Of a stretch of DNA of 64,000 nt, positions 53,561 to 63,484 are shown in pieces. Origin of the DNA: a virus (Duplodnaviria; Caudoviricetes); the IMG/VR virus record IMGVR_UViG_2974547928_000001, positions 1-64,000 of that record; one strand, written 5' to 3'. The stretch's first letter is position 1. Each line of letters starts with the position of its first letter. The notes beneath the pieces are model-generated. The model did not search any database and was not told the origin of the DNA. It was given only the letters and a program-made list of their open reading frames with translations. Made by a program: the position numbers and the translations under genes.

Positions 53561-56338
53561 ATGTTCACTATTTTAAAGGGACATGAGGGCTATCGTCTGA
53601 ATAAAGCCACTGGTGAATATGAAAAGGATACAGATTTAGTATTCTGTAAACGATTCAATAAAGAGCATCCAGAGGGCAAGCCAGCATCTATGGCTATTCA
53701 GTATAATGTTGTTGATGAAGTATATCCAGAAGACCTAGTCGAGATGGAGGCACTTTTACACACCCTCACTAGTAATCCGTACTTATTAGCCGTTAGAGGT
53801 AAATGTACTGGTTCTAAGAATGCTATTTATAGACGTAGAGTAAACTTTGATTTAACAGAGCGAAGCCATGTAGTAGCTATTGACGTGGATGACTTCCCCT
53901 TGCCCGAATATATTGATCGTTTTGATTTAGTAGGTCAAGCAAAGTTTGCTATAAAGATGCTTAATAGTATAAGTGAAGATATGTTTCCATTAGATGCAGG
54001 TTTTATTGTGCATGCATCATCATCTGCTGGTATAAAGCCAGGGATTCGTATTCACTTAATTCTAGAAAGTAATATTCCAGTTACACAAGGTCAGTTGAAA
54101 TTTATATTTTCGACTGTCAACGAATCGTCACGCCAAAAATATGGTTCCGACCTTATTGACTTAGCGTACTATTCAGCAGTACAGCCACATTACTTCGCTG
54201 ATCCTATCTTTGAGGACGGCATGGTAGATCCTTTCCTAGAGCGTAGAATTCCAAGATTGGTGCGTGTTGAGGGTTCGAAGATTAATCTCCCACATAATGC
54301 ACCAGACTATGAGTCAACTCGTGGTGAATTTAAAGAGGAATTCTTGTCATTATTAGATTCTATTAAAGGAAAAAAATCTACATCAGAAAAAATTGAAGAT
54401 ACTATCAGAGAGCTTGAAGAAGCAGAAGATGGAGTATATCTTCGTATTATTCCTAAACTCTACCACAGAGCATTAGAAGAGGGTGTTGATCTAGCTTGGC
54501 TAGAGAGAGAAATTCGCCCATATCTTGAGGAGTACGTTAGTACTAAAGACAACCGACGTTCGGTTCAAGATTACTTTAATAATGGTAGACGTCAAGCATT
54601 AAAAGCATTCGTTAACAATTCAGCTAGAAAAATCCCTGAAGGTAACCTAAAGGGAGTGCCTTTGTACGCCTTGAAAACTGATAGCAACGAGGCGGAAAAG
54701 TACTTAAAACTTCGGGAAATCCCACCACCTAATAGTATGACGTTTGTTAAAGCATCTTTAGGTACAGGTAAGACAACTGCAATTATTAATTGGCTTAATA
54801 AAGGATTAGTTAAAGGCGGGTTTCTAGCAGTAACGAACACACGCTCACTAGTAGCATCCAACGCAGCTAAATTCGGTGCTGGTCAATATTGTAAGACAGC
54901 GGACATGTTGAACTTTAAACGTGGTGGTATAGATAGAATGTCAACTACTATTCACTCTATACATAAGTTCGCAACATTCACCGATAGAGTTAACTTCGTG
55001 TTTATTGATGAAGCAGACGCTGTTATGAATGACCTATTATTTGCACCAGTTGTAAAGCAACGTAGGGCATGTATCGAAACATTACGAGAGTTATTATTAG
55101 CTGCGGATTACGTTGTACTGTCAGATGGAGATATTAGCGCAGAAACGATTGAGGCTTATGGTGCCCTAATTGGCTTCGCCAAACCTATTTATTATTACAA
55201 TCACCATAGAAGAATGCTAGAGGGTGCTCAAGTATACGAATTTCCTGACGAGAAATCTATATGGACAGCATTGCAGACATCTTTAGAGATGGGTGAGAAA
55301 TCTATTCTAGTATCAGACTCCGGTCCCGCCCAGTTAGCCGAAAAGGGCATAGCCCTACGAGCGGCAACAGGGGCGAATGTTAAGGAAGTCCACTCCTCAT
55401 CTACAGAGGATCCTGATATTAGAAGAATTCTTGACTTAACGAATCAAGAGTTAATTGACCAAGGAATTGATGCTTTATTATGTAGTCCATCGGTAACTAG
55501 TGGTGTTGACTTTAACTACTTCGATAATGTATTTGTAATAACTAATACAGCTAATCATTCCCCAAATATGAGAATGCAGGCTATTAGACGTGATCGTGGA
55601 GCAATGTCTATCTATATGTATACAAACCCTGGGGTTGCAGGATTCGTTGCGGGTTCCGAACAGTATAATGCTGACGAGGGATGGATTGATAGAAGTCAAC
55701 AACTATACGCTAGACGTAGAGAAATAGAGAGTAAGAATTATCAATCAACATTAAGATTTTATTTATTAGATCAAGGTGCTACTATTGATATCTTCACTGA
55801 AAGTTGGGGAGGTATAGAGAGTGCTAGTACTGAGTACTTTAACCAACGTGTTGATGCTATTCTAGCGTCTACTCCCGATTACACTCCATTGCGTCATAAT
55901 GATGCTTACTCTGAAAAAATGTTGTTACTTCAATACTTCAAGTTAGATAATATTAATGAACTAACTAGAGAGCTAGTAGAGCAGTACGTTACAGAGAAAC
56001 CACATGAAAGAGCAGGGTTCTTCCATAAGGTTCAGGATATATTTTGGGAACCAATAACTAGATGCTCAGAAAAGACAATCTTCCCATTCGTAGAAGCTAT
56101 GAAATCTCATAAACGTGAATTCTTTATTAGAACAGGTAATAGTGCTTCTCCTAAGTATGCTAGAATGTACCTAACAATGATGGGTATTGGTAAAGATATG
56201 GATACTACTAATATCGTAGACTGGTACAGAACCTACTGCAGGATAGAGGGCATTCAGTTACCTGTGGCATTTATGACTATCGAAGAGAAGCAGAAGTACT
56301 ACGAGGGTATTGCTGATTTGGAGCTTGGGGATGAGTAG
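53561..56338 (+). CDS. obp: Replication origin-binding protein (primase-like N-terminus plus UL9-like SF2 helicase)
   Basis: 925 aa; DVD...HASSS...H; KASLGTGKTT; FIDEAD; SPSVTSGVDF; QAIRR. Confidence 0.9.
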   Translation: MFTILKGHEGYRLNKATGEYEKDTDLVFCKRFNKEHPEGKPASMAIQYNVVDEVYPEDLVEMEALLHTLTSNPYLLAVRGKCTGSKNAIYRRRVNFDLTERSHVVAIDVDDFPLPEYIDRFDLVGQAKFAIKMLNSISEDMFPLDAGFIVHASSSAGIKPGIRIHLILESNIPVTQGQLKFIFSTVNESSRQKYGSDLIDLAYYSAVQPHYFADPIFEDGMVDPFLERRIPRLVRVEGSKINLPHNAPDYESTRGEFKEEFLSLLDSIKGKKSTSEKIEDTIRELEEAEDGVYLRIIPKLYHRALEEGVDLAWLEREIRPYLEEYVSTKDNRRSVQDYFNNGRRQALKAFVNNSARKIPEGNLKGVPLYALKTDSNEAEKYLKLREIPPPNSMTFVKASLGTGKTTAIINWLNKGLVKGGFLAVTNTRSLVASNAAKFGAGQYCKTADMLNFKRGGIDRMSTTIHSIHKFATFTDRVNFVFIDEADAVMNDLLFAPVVKQRRACIETLRELLLAADYVVLSDGDISAETIEAYGALIGFAKPIYYYNHHRRMLEGAQVYEFPDEKSIWTALQTSLEMGEKSILVSDSGPAQLAEKGIALRAATGANVKEVHSSSTEDPDIRRILDLTNQELIDQGIDALLCSPSVTSGVDFNYFDNVFVITNTANHSPNMRMQAIRRDRGAMSIYMYTNPGVAGFVAGSEQYNADEGWIDRSQQLYARRREIESKNYQSTLRFYLLDQGATIDIFTESWGGIESASTEYFNQRVDAILASTPDYTPLRHNDAYSEKMLLLQYFKLDNINELTRELVEQYVTEKPHERAGFFHKVQDIFWEPITRCSEKTIFPFVEAMKSHKREFFIRTGNSASPKYARMYLTMMGIGKDMDTTNIVDWYRTYCRIEGIQLPVAFMTIEEKQKYYEGIADLELGDE

Positions 56339-56579
56339 ATGGAAAAAGGTTTATGCAAAACCGCCTACTAAAAAATATATTGAGGAAAAAGATGAACGCC
56401 CTATTTGTAGGGTCGTTCCACCAGCCTTGATGCTGCTCCCCGATCCAATTTCCTGGTTGGAGCATCGCCGTTCGGTTAGATTGCAGAAGATGATAACATT
56501 AGTTCTAGAGAAGCGGTATAAAGAACTATCGGAAATACATGAAAATTCTATTTGCAAAGATCCTTATAAAGTAATATAA
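56331..56579 (+). CDS. Hypothetical protein
   Basis: Overlaps the obp stop. Confidence 0.65.
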   Translation: MSRWKKVYAKPPTKKYIEEKDERPICRVVPPALMLLPDPISWLEHRRSVRLQKMITLVLEKRYKELSEIHENSICKDPYKVI

Positions 56580-56611
56580 TATATTTAAATTCTGAATAAG
56601 GAATAAATTAA

Positions 56612-56956
56612 ATGATATTTGCAGGGTTAGCTAGACAATGTACTCACTATTGTGGCAGACCCAACTATTATGCAGGAGTAGGGAAGGATTTATCAGTGTT
56701 AGGTAATCCTTTTCATATGGAGCATTCTCTAGATAGAGATAGAGTGTGTGACGAATATGAGAACTACTTCTTTAGATCATTAGAACTAGATCCTGAGTTT
56801 GCTACAGCAGTAGATACTATTATAGAAGATTATAGAAACTCTAATGGAAAGCATATAGTTCTTGGGTGTTTCTGCAAACCAAAGAAAAGGTGCCACTGCG
56901 ATACAATAGTGAACTATGTTAAATCCGTTGTTGATGGAGAGTCAGTTAATGGCTAG
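56612..56956 (+). CDS. DUF4326-like protein
   Basis: YCGR...S.LGNPF...LGCFCKP..CHCD. Confidence 0.8.
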   Translation: MIFAGLARQCTHYCGRPNYYAGVGKDLSVLGNPFHMEHSLDRDRVCDEYENYFFRSLELDPEFATAVDTIIEDYRNSNGKHIVLGCFCKPKKRCHCDTIVNYVKSVVDGESVNG

Positions 56957-57668
56957 ATCAAGAAAACACGCACATATGATTCCAGATTCTCTGTTTAAAG
57001 AAGCTATTGAATGGCTAGAGAATGGTGGTACAAAAGTAGGTGCTAGAGATATTTTAGGAAGATCAGGTATAAAAGTTAGCTCAAATCCTCAAATGGAAAA
57101 ACTAATTGAGGAATGGCAGGCTAACAAAGAACTTGACAAACGCATGCGTGCACAGAAACGTGGTAAGCCAATTGATGGCATAGAGGCTACAGATATTATT
57201 GAGCGCAGTCTTAACGGTCAATCATTAGCTGAGATCGCAAGCGCAGTATATAGGTCTTCTAGTAAGGTTAAAGAGTTTTTGGAGAGCGTAGGAGCAGACC
57301 TGAGATCGGCTCAATCGGCTCCGCCAGATAAGCCCTTTGAACTTAATCCACCACTGGTTCCAGAGGCAGCAATGTCTTTTGAGTTTGAGGTTGGTGAAAA
57401 GGTATGGGTATCAGCCTACCAATGTTTCGGGGAAATAATGAAGAAGATTAATGATGATGTTTATCGTGTCTATCTTCTAGACGAAGGAACACAACAATAC
57501 GTTCACCAAAACGCGTGGAATTTAGGTAGCTTAAAGCATCTACATAAGTTTGGCATTGACCAAGCAAAAGTAGGATTTAAGTGGACAAAAGAAGATGCGT
57601 ACCCTCTTCTTAGCTCAGCATTAGAGAAAGCTAAGAAGCAAGCTAATGATGATAAGAAAAGGAAGTAG
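56949..57668 (+). CDS. D2: D2 DNA-binding protein
   Basis: T5 synteny; AIEWLENGGTK motif, HTH-like segment. Confidence 0.8.
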   Translation: MARSRKHAHMIPDSLFKEAIEWLENGGTKVGARDILGRSGIKVSSNPQMEKLIEEWQANKELDKRMRAQKRGKPIDGIEATDIIERSLNGQSLAEIASAVYRSSSKVKEFLESVGADLRSAQSAPPDKPFELNPPLVPEAAMSFEFEVGEKVWVSAYQCFGEIMKKINDDVYRVYLLDEGTQQYVHQNAWNLGSLKHLHKFGIDQAKVGFKWTKEDAYPLLSSALEKAKKQANDDKKRK

Positions 57669-57670
57669 TT

Positions 57671-57862
57671 ATGTTAGATTTAGTAGTTGGCTTGATACTA
57701 TCTATAGTAGCATTTATATCTTTTCAGGTAGCTGACGATTCTAGGCTAGAAGTAATTAATGGAAGGGGTACAGGGATAAAAGTACTCCTTTATTTCATAT
57801 TAGGATGTGCTTGTACAGGTGTAAGCGCTTACATACTATTCTCACACTTAGGGGTATTATAA
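57671..57862 (+). CDS. Small membrane protein
   Basis: Two hydrophobic helices. Confidence 0.6.
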   Translation: MLDLVVGLILSIVAFISFQVADDSRLEVINGRGTGIKVLLYFILGCACTGVSAYILFSHLGVL

Positions 57863-57929
57863 TGAAATTCTTAATATTAGGTATAATGGCTGTTGTAGTA
57901 GCAATAGCTTTCTGGATAGTGGGGAGAGT

Positions 57930-58160
57930 ATGATTAAGAAAGTAAGCCTACTATTTGCTGTTAAATTAGCAGAAAAGAACAATAGCTGTGTAGAGGTAGC
58001 CAGACCAGATTTGCAAGACACAGAACTAAAATCATTTATTACTATTTACCCGGATGGTACATTTACAGAAACAGTAATGAACTACTCAGATCTAGAAACT
58101 ACACCACGCGAATCAATTTATGAGTTAGACTTACGTTCACAAGACTGGGTTTTAATTTAA
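57930..58160 (+). CDS. Hypothetical protein
   Basis: GGAG RBS. Confidence 0.65.
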   Translation: MIKKVSLLFAVKLAEKNNSCVEVARPDLQDTELKSFITIYPDGTFTETVMNYSDLETTPRESIYELDLRSQDWVLI

Positions 58161-58233
58161 AATTGTATTTGCCAAACCACTAAATATTAGATATAATATT
58201 CATATCAATTAAACAAAAGAGGATATAAAAATT

Positions 58234-58680
58234 ATGGCATTTGAATGGACTGATGAAGCTTTTGCAATGATCGCTGATAAATACGATGAAGCATTAGAGG
58301 CTATGGTAGCAACACACCGCGAAAATAACCCAAGCGATGAATCAACTGATGATGAGCTGAAAGGAAAGTATACTACAGAAGCTCTAGCAGAAGCAGTTGA
58401 AGGCACTGATGCAACAGTAGCAGGCGCTCGTATGAAATTGGCAAAGGCTGGTCGCTACTTCAAGAAACCAGAAGGCGCTAAGAAAACTGCTAAGACAGCA
58501 TCTACGTCTAAAGGTGGTGGTCGTACTTCTAAGGCAGAAGCACAGGCAGCCTTGATCTCAGTATTAACTGGAAAATTAGGTATTGACGAAGCATCTCTTG
58601 AGATGGATCAGTTTGAAAAATTAACTGGTAAATTCGCTCAGCACTTAGCTGATGTATTAAATACAGTAAACGTTGCGTAA
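58234..58680 (+). CDS. D3: D3 DNA-binding protein
   Basis: WTDE, RMKL.KAG.Y.KK, SKAEAQA.L, KLTGK.A.HLA. Confidence 0.8.
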   Translation: MAFEWTDEAFAMIADKYDEALEAMVATHRENNPSDESTDDELKGKYTTEALAEAVEGTDATVAGARMKLAKAGRYFKKPEGAKKTAKTASTSKGGGRTSKAEAQAALISVLTGKLGIDEASLEMDQFEKLTGKFAQHLADVLNTVNVA

Positions 58681-58694
58681 TTAACTAGGGAGAG

Positions 58695-59030
58695 TTGTAT
58701 ATGATTAATCCAGTAATCCGTTTTGAGAAATCGGAAGCCAATAAGAAAGAGAAAATCTTAGAAGCATTGTCTAAGTTTGGTGATGCTTTTGTTTTCTATC
58801 GAAAAATTAAGGCTAAAGGTACTACGCATTTTGCTTGTACTGCTGATTTCTCTACCCCTTACGTAGCTCATAAGTTAGCTATTAGCAAGCCTATGAAAGT
58901 AGGGGAAGATGAGATTCTTGTGTTTAACTGGGCACAAGATCAATTCCGAGTACTGCCTGTCTCACATATCTTTAAAGTGGAACATCTCGGAACTGCCGTT
59001 AACAACGCTCGTGTCTCAACTAAACTCTGA
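58695..59030 (+). CDS. Conserved T5-like hypothetical protein
   Basis: YRK.KAKGTT..ACT.DF.TPY motif; synteny. Confidence 0.75.
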   Translation: MYMINPVIRFEKSEANKKEKILEALSKFGDAFVFYRKIKAKGTTHFACTADFSTPYVAHKLAISKPMKVGEDEILVFNWAQDQFRVLPVSHIFKVEHLGTAVNNARVSTKL

Positions 59031-59349
59031 GGGAGAATTTCTTCAGGATATTAGTGGAAATACTGACCTAATTGATCATATTCTCTGGGAAAAGTACGGT
59101 GAACAAGTTAGGTTCACCGTATCCGAGTTTTTAGGCAATACGTATTTCGGAATTAGATACTGGTATCTAGATCTAGAAGATGTGTGGAGACCAACCTCTA
59201 GAGGGTTCAGTATACCTTTTACGTTAGATTCCACAACCAGATTATTCAAAGCATTAGCCACTTGTCTTAGTAAGGCAGAACTATTACAAGAGGTATTAGA
59301 GCACGTTGATAACATTGAGATAAAGGAAGTAGAAAAAGCCGAGGATTAA
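59011..59349 (+). CDS. PC4-like ssDNA-binding/transcriptional regulator
   Basis: VRFTVSEF.G..Y.GIRYWY...W.P...G.SIP; start uncertain. Confidence 0.75.
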   Translation: MSQLNSEGEFLQDISGNTDLIDHILWEKYGEQVRFTVSEFLGNTYFGIRYWYLDLEDVWRPTSRGFSIPFTLDSTTRLFKALATCLSKAELLQEVLEHVDNIEIKEVEKAED

Positions 59350-59429
59350 GCATCTTCGGCTTTTATTTTACTTGACATTTACTAAGTATTTTGATATAAT
59401 TATTTTATAAATAAATTAGGAGTAATTAT

Positions 59430-60062
59430 ATGAAAGTATACACAGGTATAGGGAGTCGCAAAGCTCCTATACATAAGCAAAGAGAAGCACGATATCTAGC
59501 CTACATACTAAATGTTATTCTAGGATTAAAGCTTCGTAGTGGCAGGGCTGAAGGTATGGATTATGCTTTTCAGCAAGGTGCTAGCACAGGAGGCAGAGTC
59601 CCATATTCGGCTTTACCTTACAAAGACTGTGCTGAGATATTTCTTCCTAATATTAACTTTGGAAAAGAATTTGGCGATCAAGAGCTTTGCAAGCCCGTTC
59701 CTAAGTATGGTTTATTAAGAGAGAAACTAGAAGCACTTGTATACGTTCATCATAAGTATGGGGATACTTTAAAGGGCTTTGCTCTAGACGCTCACTGTAG
59801 AAACATGCAACAAGTTCTAGGATATAACTTAGATGATCTCACGGATTTTGTAGTTTATTGGGCACCGGAGGATAAGTTTGGGATGGCTAAAGGTGGTACA
59901 GCCACAGCAGTTTCAGTAGCTATGTCTTATGATATCCCAGTATTCAATATGTTATATGACGATTGGGCTGACAATTTATTCCATACTTTAATCTATCACG
60001 GAGTGCCAGAAGCAGAAACTGCATTTCAAATGTTTAAAGCAGGGAAAGGAGGAGAATATTAA
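59430..60062 (+). CDS. DprA/SLOG-family nucleotide-binding protein
   Basis: YTGIGSR, LRSG.AEG.D.AF, RN..QVLG, GGTA. Confidence 0.78.
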   Translation: MKVYTGIGSRKAPIHKQREARYLAYILNVILGLKLRSGRAEGMDYAFQQGASTGGRVPYSALPYKDCAEIFLPNINFGKEFGDQELCKPVPKYGLLREKLEALVYVHHKYGDTLKGFALDAHCRNMQQVLGYNLDDLTDFVVYWAPEDKFGMAKGGTATAVSVAMSYDIPVFNMLYDDWADNLFHTLIYHGVPEAETAFQMFKAGKGGEY

Positions 60063-61060
60063 TGCATAATACCAAGCAGTTTATTAAAGAATGCCAAGAA
60101 GCGTACTATGCTGGACACCCTTTAATTTCTAACGAAGAGTACGATGCTATAGTAGCTAATTACCCTGAGCTAGAAGAAGAGATTGGTAATAAAGGAGATA
60201 TTAAAATATTATTCCCTGTCTATAGCCTACAGAAGTTTTATCCTGGTCGAGGGGATAAGTCTCCTGTTCTAAAAGATGCAGTAGAAAGTCCTAAGCTAGA
60301 TGGGTGCGCAGTAACGCATGTGTATTTACAGGGCAAGTATGCTTACTCAACTACACGTGGCAACGGTAAGATGGGTAAAGACTGCTCTCATACAGCAGGG
60401 AAGTTAGTAATGCCAAACCTATACTATGCGTTTGATGGAGAACTACCAGATATTATTCAAATTCGTGGTGAGGTAGTACCAACTAAGAAAGTTGAAAATA
60501 TCCGTAACTATGCTAGTGGTGCAGTTAACCTAAAGTCCTCAGATGAATTCCTAGAACGTAAGGAAGAGGGTGGGTTAATGTTTGTTGCATATGGCATCAA
60601 TTGCAGTGAACGTCCAGAAGGCTTATCGCAGGACTTTAGATCTGATATGTTCTTTTTAGAGCAGTTAGGCTTCCATACTGTGCTTACAGTAGAAGTTCAA
60701 ATGATGGCTTGTTCAGGGGAAATCTTAACTGATGGAACAGTATTTCGTGAAAATGATAATACCGTGTACTGGCAAGCAGGATTTACTAACAAGTTCCCTA
60801 AAGGTGCATACGCAGAGAAAGAAGACGAAGAAGGAGAAGTAACTACATTACTAGAGGTTAAGTGGCAGACTGGTAAATCTGGTAAAGTAACTCCAGTAGG
60901 TTGGTTTGAGCCAGTTATTATTGATGATGCAAAAATTGAGAAAGCAACATTAAATAATATTGATTATATTAATGCCTTAGATCTAGAAATCGGTTGTCAG
61001 ATTCAGGTCATTCGTGCAGGTGGAGTTATTCCTAAGATTGTTGGGAGAGTGTATGAGTAA
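60062..61060 (+). CDS. ligA: NAD-dependent DNA ligase, adenylation subunit A
   Basis: AYY, KLDG, TRG.G, RGEV, RN.ASG, TDG, ATLNN, RAG.VIP. Confidence 0.95.
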   Translation: MHNTKQFIKECQEAYYAGHPLISNEEYDAIVANYPELEEEIGNKGDIKILFPVYSLQKFYPGRGDKSPVLKDAVESPKLDGCAVTHVYLQGKYAYSTTRGNGKMGKDCSHTAGKLVMPNLYYAFDGELPDIIQIRGEVVPTKKVENIRNYASGAVNLKSSDEFLERKEEGGLMFVAYGINCSERPEGLSQDFRSDMFFLEQLGFHTVLTVEVQMMACSGEILTDGTVFRENDNTVYWQAGFTNKFPKGAYAEKEDEEGEVTTLLEVKWQTGKSGKVTPVGWFEPVIIDDAKIEKATLNNIDYINALDLEIGCQIQVIRAGGVIPKIVGRVYE

Positions 61061-61670
61061 GCACTATCTAACAGGAACACATGTTACCGATACCTATGTA
61101 GCGTTCTTTGGTGAAGAGTCTATATTTAGTAACTTCCACTTCTGCAAGCGTGGGGTAGAGTACCTGGGTGATACATACCCCTCTTCGGAACATGCGTATG
61201 TATCAGCTAAGGCGCTGTATTTTGGGGATATGACTACACATACTAAGGTGATGGGCGCATCCACAGCATTACACCCTGCTGAGATAAAAAAGCTAGGTAG
61301 GGTAATTGGGGGATTTGACAAGGAATCCTGGGATAACGTAAAGTATGGTATTATGAAAGATATACTAATCTCTAAGTTTACCAGAGATCAGGATTTACAG
61401 GACGAGCTATTATCACTGTCTAGGAGCAGACTATTTGTTGAGGCAAATCCCTTCGACTCTGAGTGGGGTTGTGGACTTTCATTAGGCTCCGCGGATTTAG
61501 GAACTCCATCAAAGCATAAAGGAAGAAACTTACTAGGTAGGCTACTAAATAGCGTGGCTCTGTCACTATATATCAAAAGAAAGGAGCAGGAGGGTCGTCA
61601 GGAGGAGAGCTTGGCTATTTTTCGCAGGGATTACCCTATATATGCTTTAGATAATATAATAACATCTTGA
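61053..61670 (+). CDS. NADAR (YbiA-like) ADP-ribosylhydrolase
   Basis: FSNF, SEH...KA..F.D, KKLGR, KF, EANP.D..WG.G, G.NLLG. Confidence 0.9.
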   Translation: MSKHYLTGTHVTDTYVAFFGEESIFSNFHFCKRGVEYLGDTYPSSEHAYVSAKALYFGDMTTHTKVMGASTALHPAEIKKLGRVIGGFDKESWDNVKYGIMKDILISKFTRDQDLQDELLSLSRSRLFVEANPFDSEWGCGLSLGSADLGTPSKHKGRNLLGRLLNSVALSLYIKRKEQEGRQEESLAIFRRDYPIYALDNIITS

Positions 61671-61855
61671 TATTCAGGTTATCTCAACCCCAGATTTTAA
61701 AATCTACTTGACGTACACATAGATTTTATGTATAATAGTTATATTGTTCGGAAACGAAAGATTTATTGAGTAGACGCTTAGCAAGTTAATTAAATTTTTA
61801 CTTGCTAAACATCAAAATTATTGATATAATATTTACATAAAGTCGGAAAGAGGAA

Positions 61856-62614
61856 ATGCAAATGAAAATAATTGCACCAGAGTATTGTCCAGAGTGCGGT
61901 TCAAAATTGGAGCTAGTGAATGCTCAACTGTTCTGTCGGAACACTAATAACTGCCCTGCTCAAAACTCTAAGTCTCTAGAACACTTTTGTAAGAAGATGA
62001 AACTTAAAGGATTCGGTGAGAAGACTTTAGAAAAGTTAAATCTTTCTGGTATTCCAGAGCTATTTGCTCTAGATAAGGAAACTCTAGTATCAAACTTTGG
62101 AGACAAAGTAGGTACAAAACTGGATGCAGAATTGGATAAGTTAAAGGGATTTGTGTCAATGGCACAATTACTTGCTTCTTTATCCATCCCATTAATTGGA
62201 GATGTAGCATCTGAGAAAGCTACCCTCGGCGTTACTGAATTAGCTAATGCTAGTTTAGGCGGTAAGGCTGGGGAGAACCTAGAGTCTTGGAAATGTTCTG
62301 AAACAGGTAAAGAGATTATGGCTCTTCCTTGGAAATTTACATCTACTTCTGGTAATACAGCGGTAGCTTCCAAGACATTAGGTATTGCAGTAAGCATCAC
62401 TGGTTCTTTAAATGATTTCAAGAATCGAAATGATGCAAAGGCTTATCTTGAGAACCTAGGATTCACAGTTAAGTCAAGTGTAACAAAAGAAGTCAAATAT
62501 TTGATATGTGAAGATGAGAGTAAACGTACTTCTTCTTCTTTTCTTAAAGCCCAGAACAATGGTATCGAGATAGGTACTATTGAAAACTTAATAAGTAAGT
62601 ATACAAAGGAATAA
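61856..62614 (+). CDS. ligB: NAD-dependent DNA ligase, subunit B (Zn finger, HhH, BRCT)
   Basis: CPECGS...FC....CPAQ, LSIPLIG, ITG...R, SSVTK. Confidence 0.93.
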   Translation: MQMKIIAPEYCPECGSKLELVNAQLFCRNTNNCPAQNSKSLEHFCKKMKLKGFGEKTLEKLNLSGIPELFALDKETLVSNFGDKVGTKLDAELDKLKGFVSMAQLLASLSIPLIGDVASEKATLGVTELANASLGGKAGENLESWKCSETGKEIMALPWKFTSTSGNTAVASKTLGIAVSITGSLNDFKNRNDAKAYLENLGFTVKSSVTKEVKYLICEDESKRTSSSFLKAQNNGIEIGTIENLISKYTKE

Positions 62615-62618
62615 AATA

Positions 62619-63386
62619 ATGAGTCAAGCAAAATTAACGTGGAACGAAGCAAATACAGATATCTTAGTAGCAAAAGCAAACGCACTTGGTGTTGATGAAG
62701 TATCACAAGAACAAGTTGTTGTTATCGCTGGCGAAATGGCAGAAGAAACAGAACGTGCAGTAACAGCTCGTCAAATCAGTTCTAAACTGCGTAAATTAGG
62801 CTACAAAGTTCAGTTAGCAGTTGATGCTAAAGAAAGTCCATGGACTCCTGAAATGGAAGCTGAGTTAGTTGATTATCTGAATGCAAACGAAGGTGAAAAA
62901 ACCTACCGTGAAATCGCAGCAGCTATCGCTGGTGGCAAGTTCAACTATCGCCAAGTACAGGGTAAAGTATTAGCTCTGCAATTAACTGAAAAAGTTAAGC
63001 CAACAGAAGCTACTAAAGCTCCTCGTAAGTTCACACCAGAAGAAGAAGATCAAATCGTTGCTTTAGCTTCGGCTGGTAAGTTCCTAGAAGAAATTGCAGA
63101 AACTTTAGGTAAGACTGTTGCTCAAATCCGTGGTAAAACACTGAGCTTAGTTAAAGAAGGTCGCTTAGATGCTCAGCCATCACAGCGTGACCATAAAGAA
63201 AAAGTTTCAGTTGACATGTTTGACGGTTTAGATGTTGAAAATATGACCGTTGCAGAGTTAGCAGAAAAATTAGGTAAGAACGAACGTGGTATTCGTAGTA
63301 CTCTTACTCGTCGTGGACGTGACTGTGTTGACCACAAAGGTGCAGCTCGCCGTGCTAAGTTAGACGCTAAAGAAGCTAATAAATAA
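62619..63386 (+). CDS. D5: D5 DNA-binding transcription regulator
   Basis: 255 aa, repeated HTH-like units, LTRRG..C.D..G; follows ligB. Confidence 0.88.
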   Translation: MSQAKLTWNEANTDILVAKANALGVDEVSQEQVVVIAGEMAEETERAVTARQISSKLRKLGYKVQLAVDAKESPWTPEMEAELVDYLNANEGEKTYREIAAAIAGGKFNYRQVQGKVLALQLTEKVKPTEATKAPRKFTPEEEDQIVALASAGKFLEEIAETLGKTVAQIRGKTLSLVKEGRLDAQPSQRDHKEKVSVDMFDGLDVENMTVAELAEKLGKNERGIRSTLTRRGRDCVDHKGAARRAKLDAKEANK

Positions 63387-63409
63387 TAGCTTTTAGTAAT
63401 TATCACCTT

Positions 63410-63446
63410 AAGGGAGGAGGGCTTTGCTCTCCTCCCTTTTCTTTTA
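63410..63446 (+). terminator. Rho-independent terminator after D5
   Basis: GGGAGGAGGGC-TTT-GCTCTCCTCCC followed by T run. Confidence 0.8.
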
Positions 63447-63484
63447 TATGGAAGGCGCACTAAATTGCGAATAAGAGGGAGAAT

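Noticed and set aside
60062-62614. Split ligase as a pseudogene or intron-interrupted gene
   Set aside because: A two-gene NAD ligase is the normal T5-like arrangement and both parts keep their motifs
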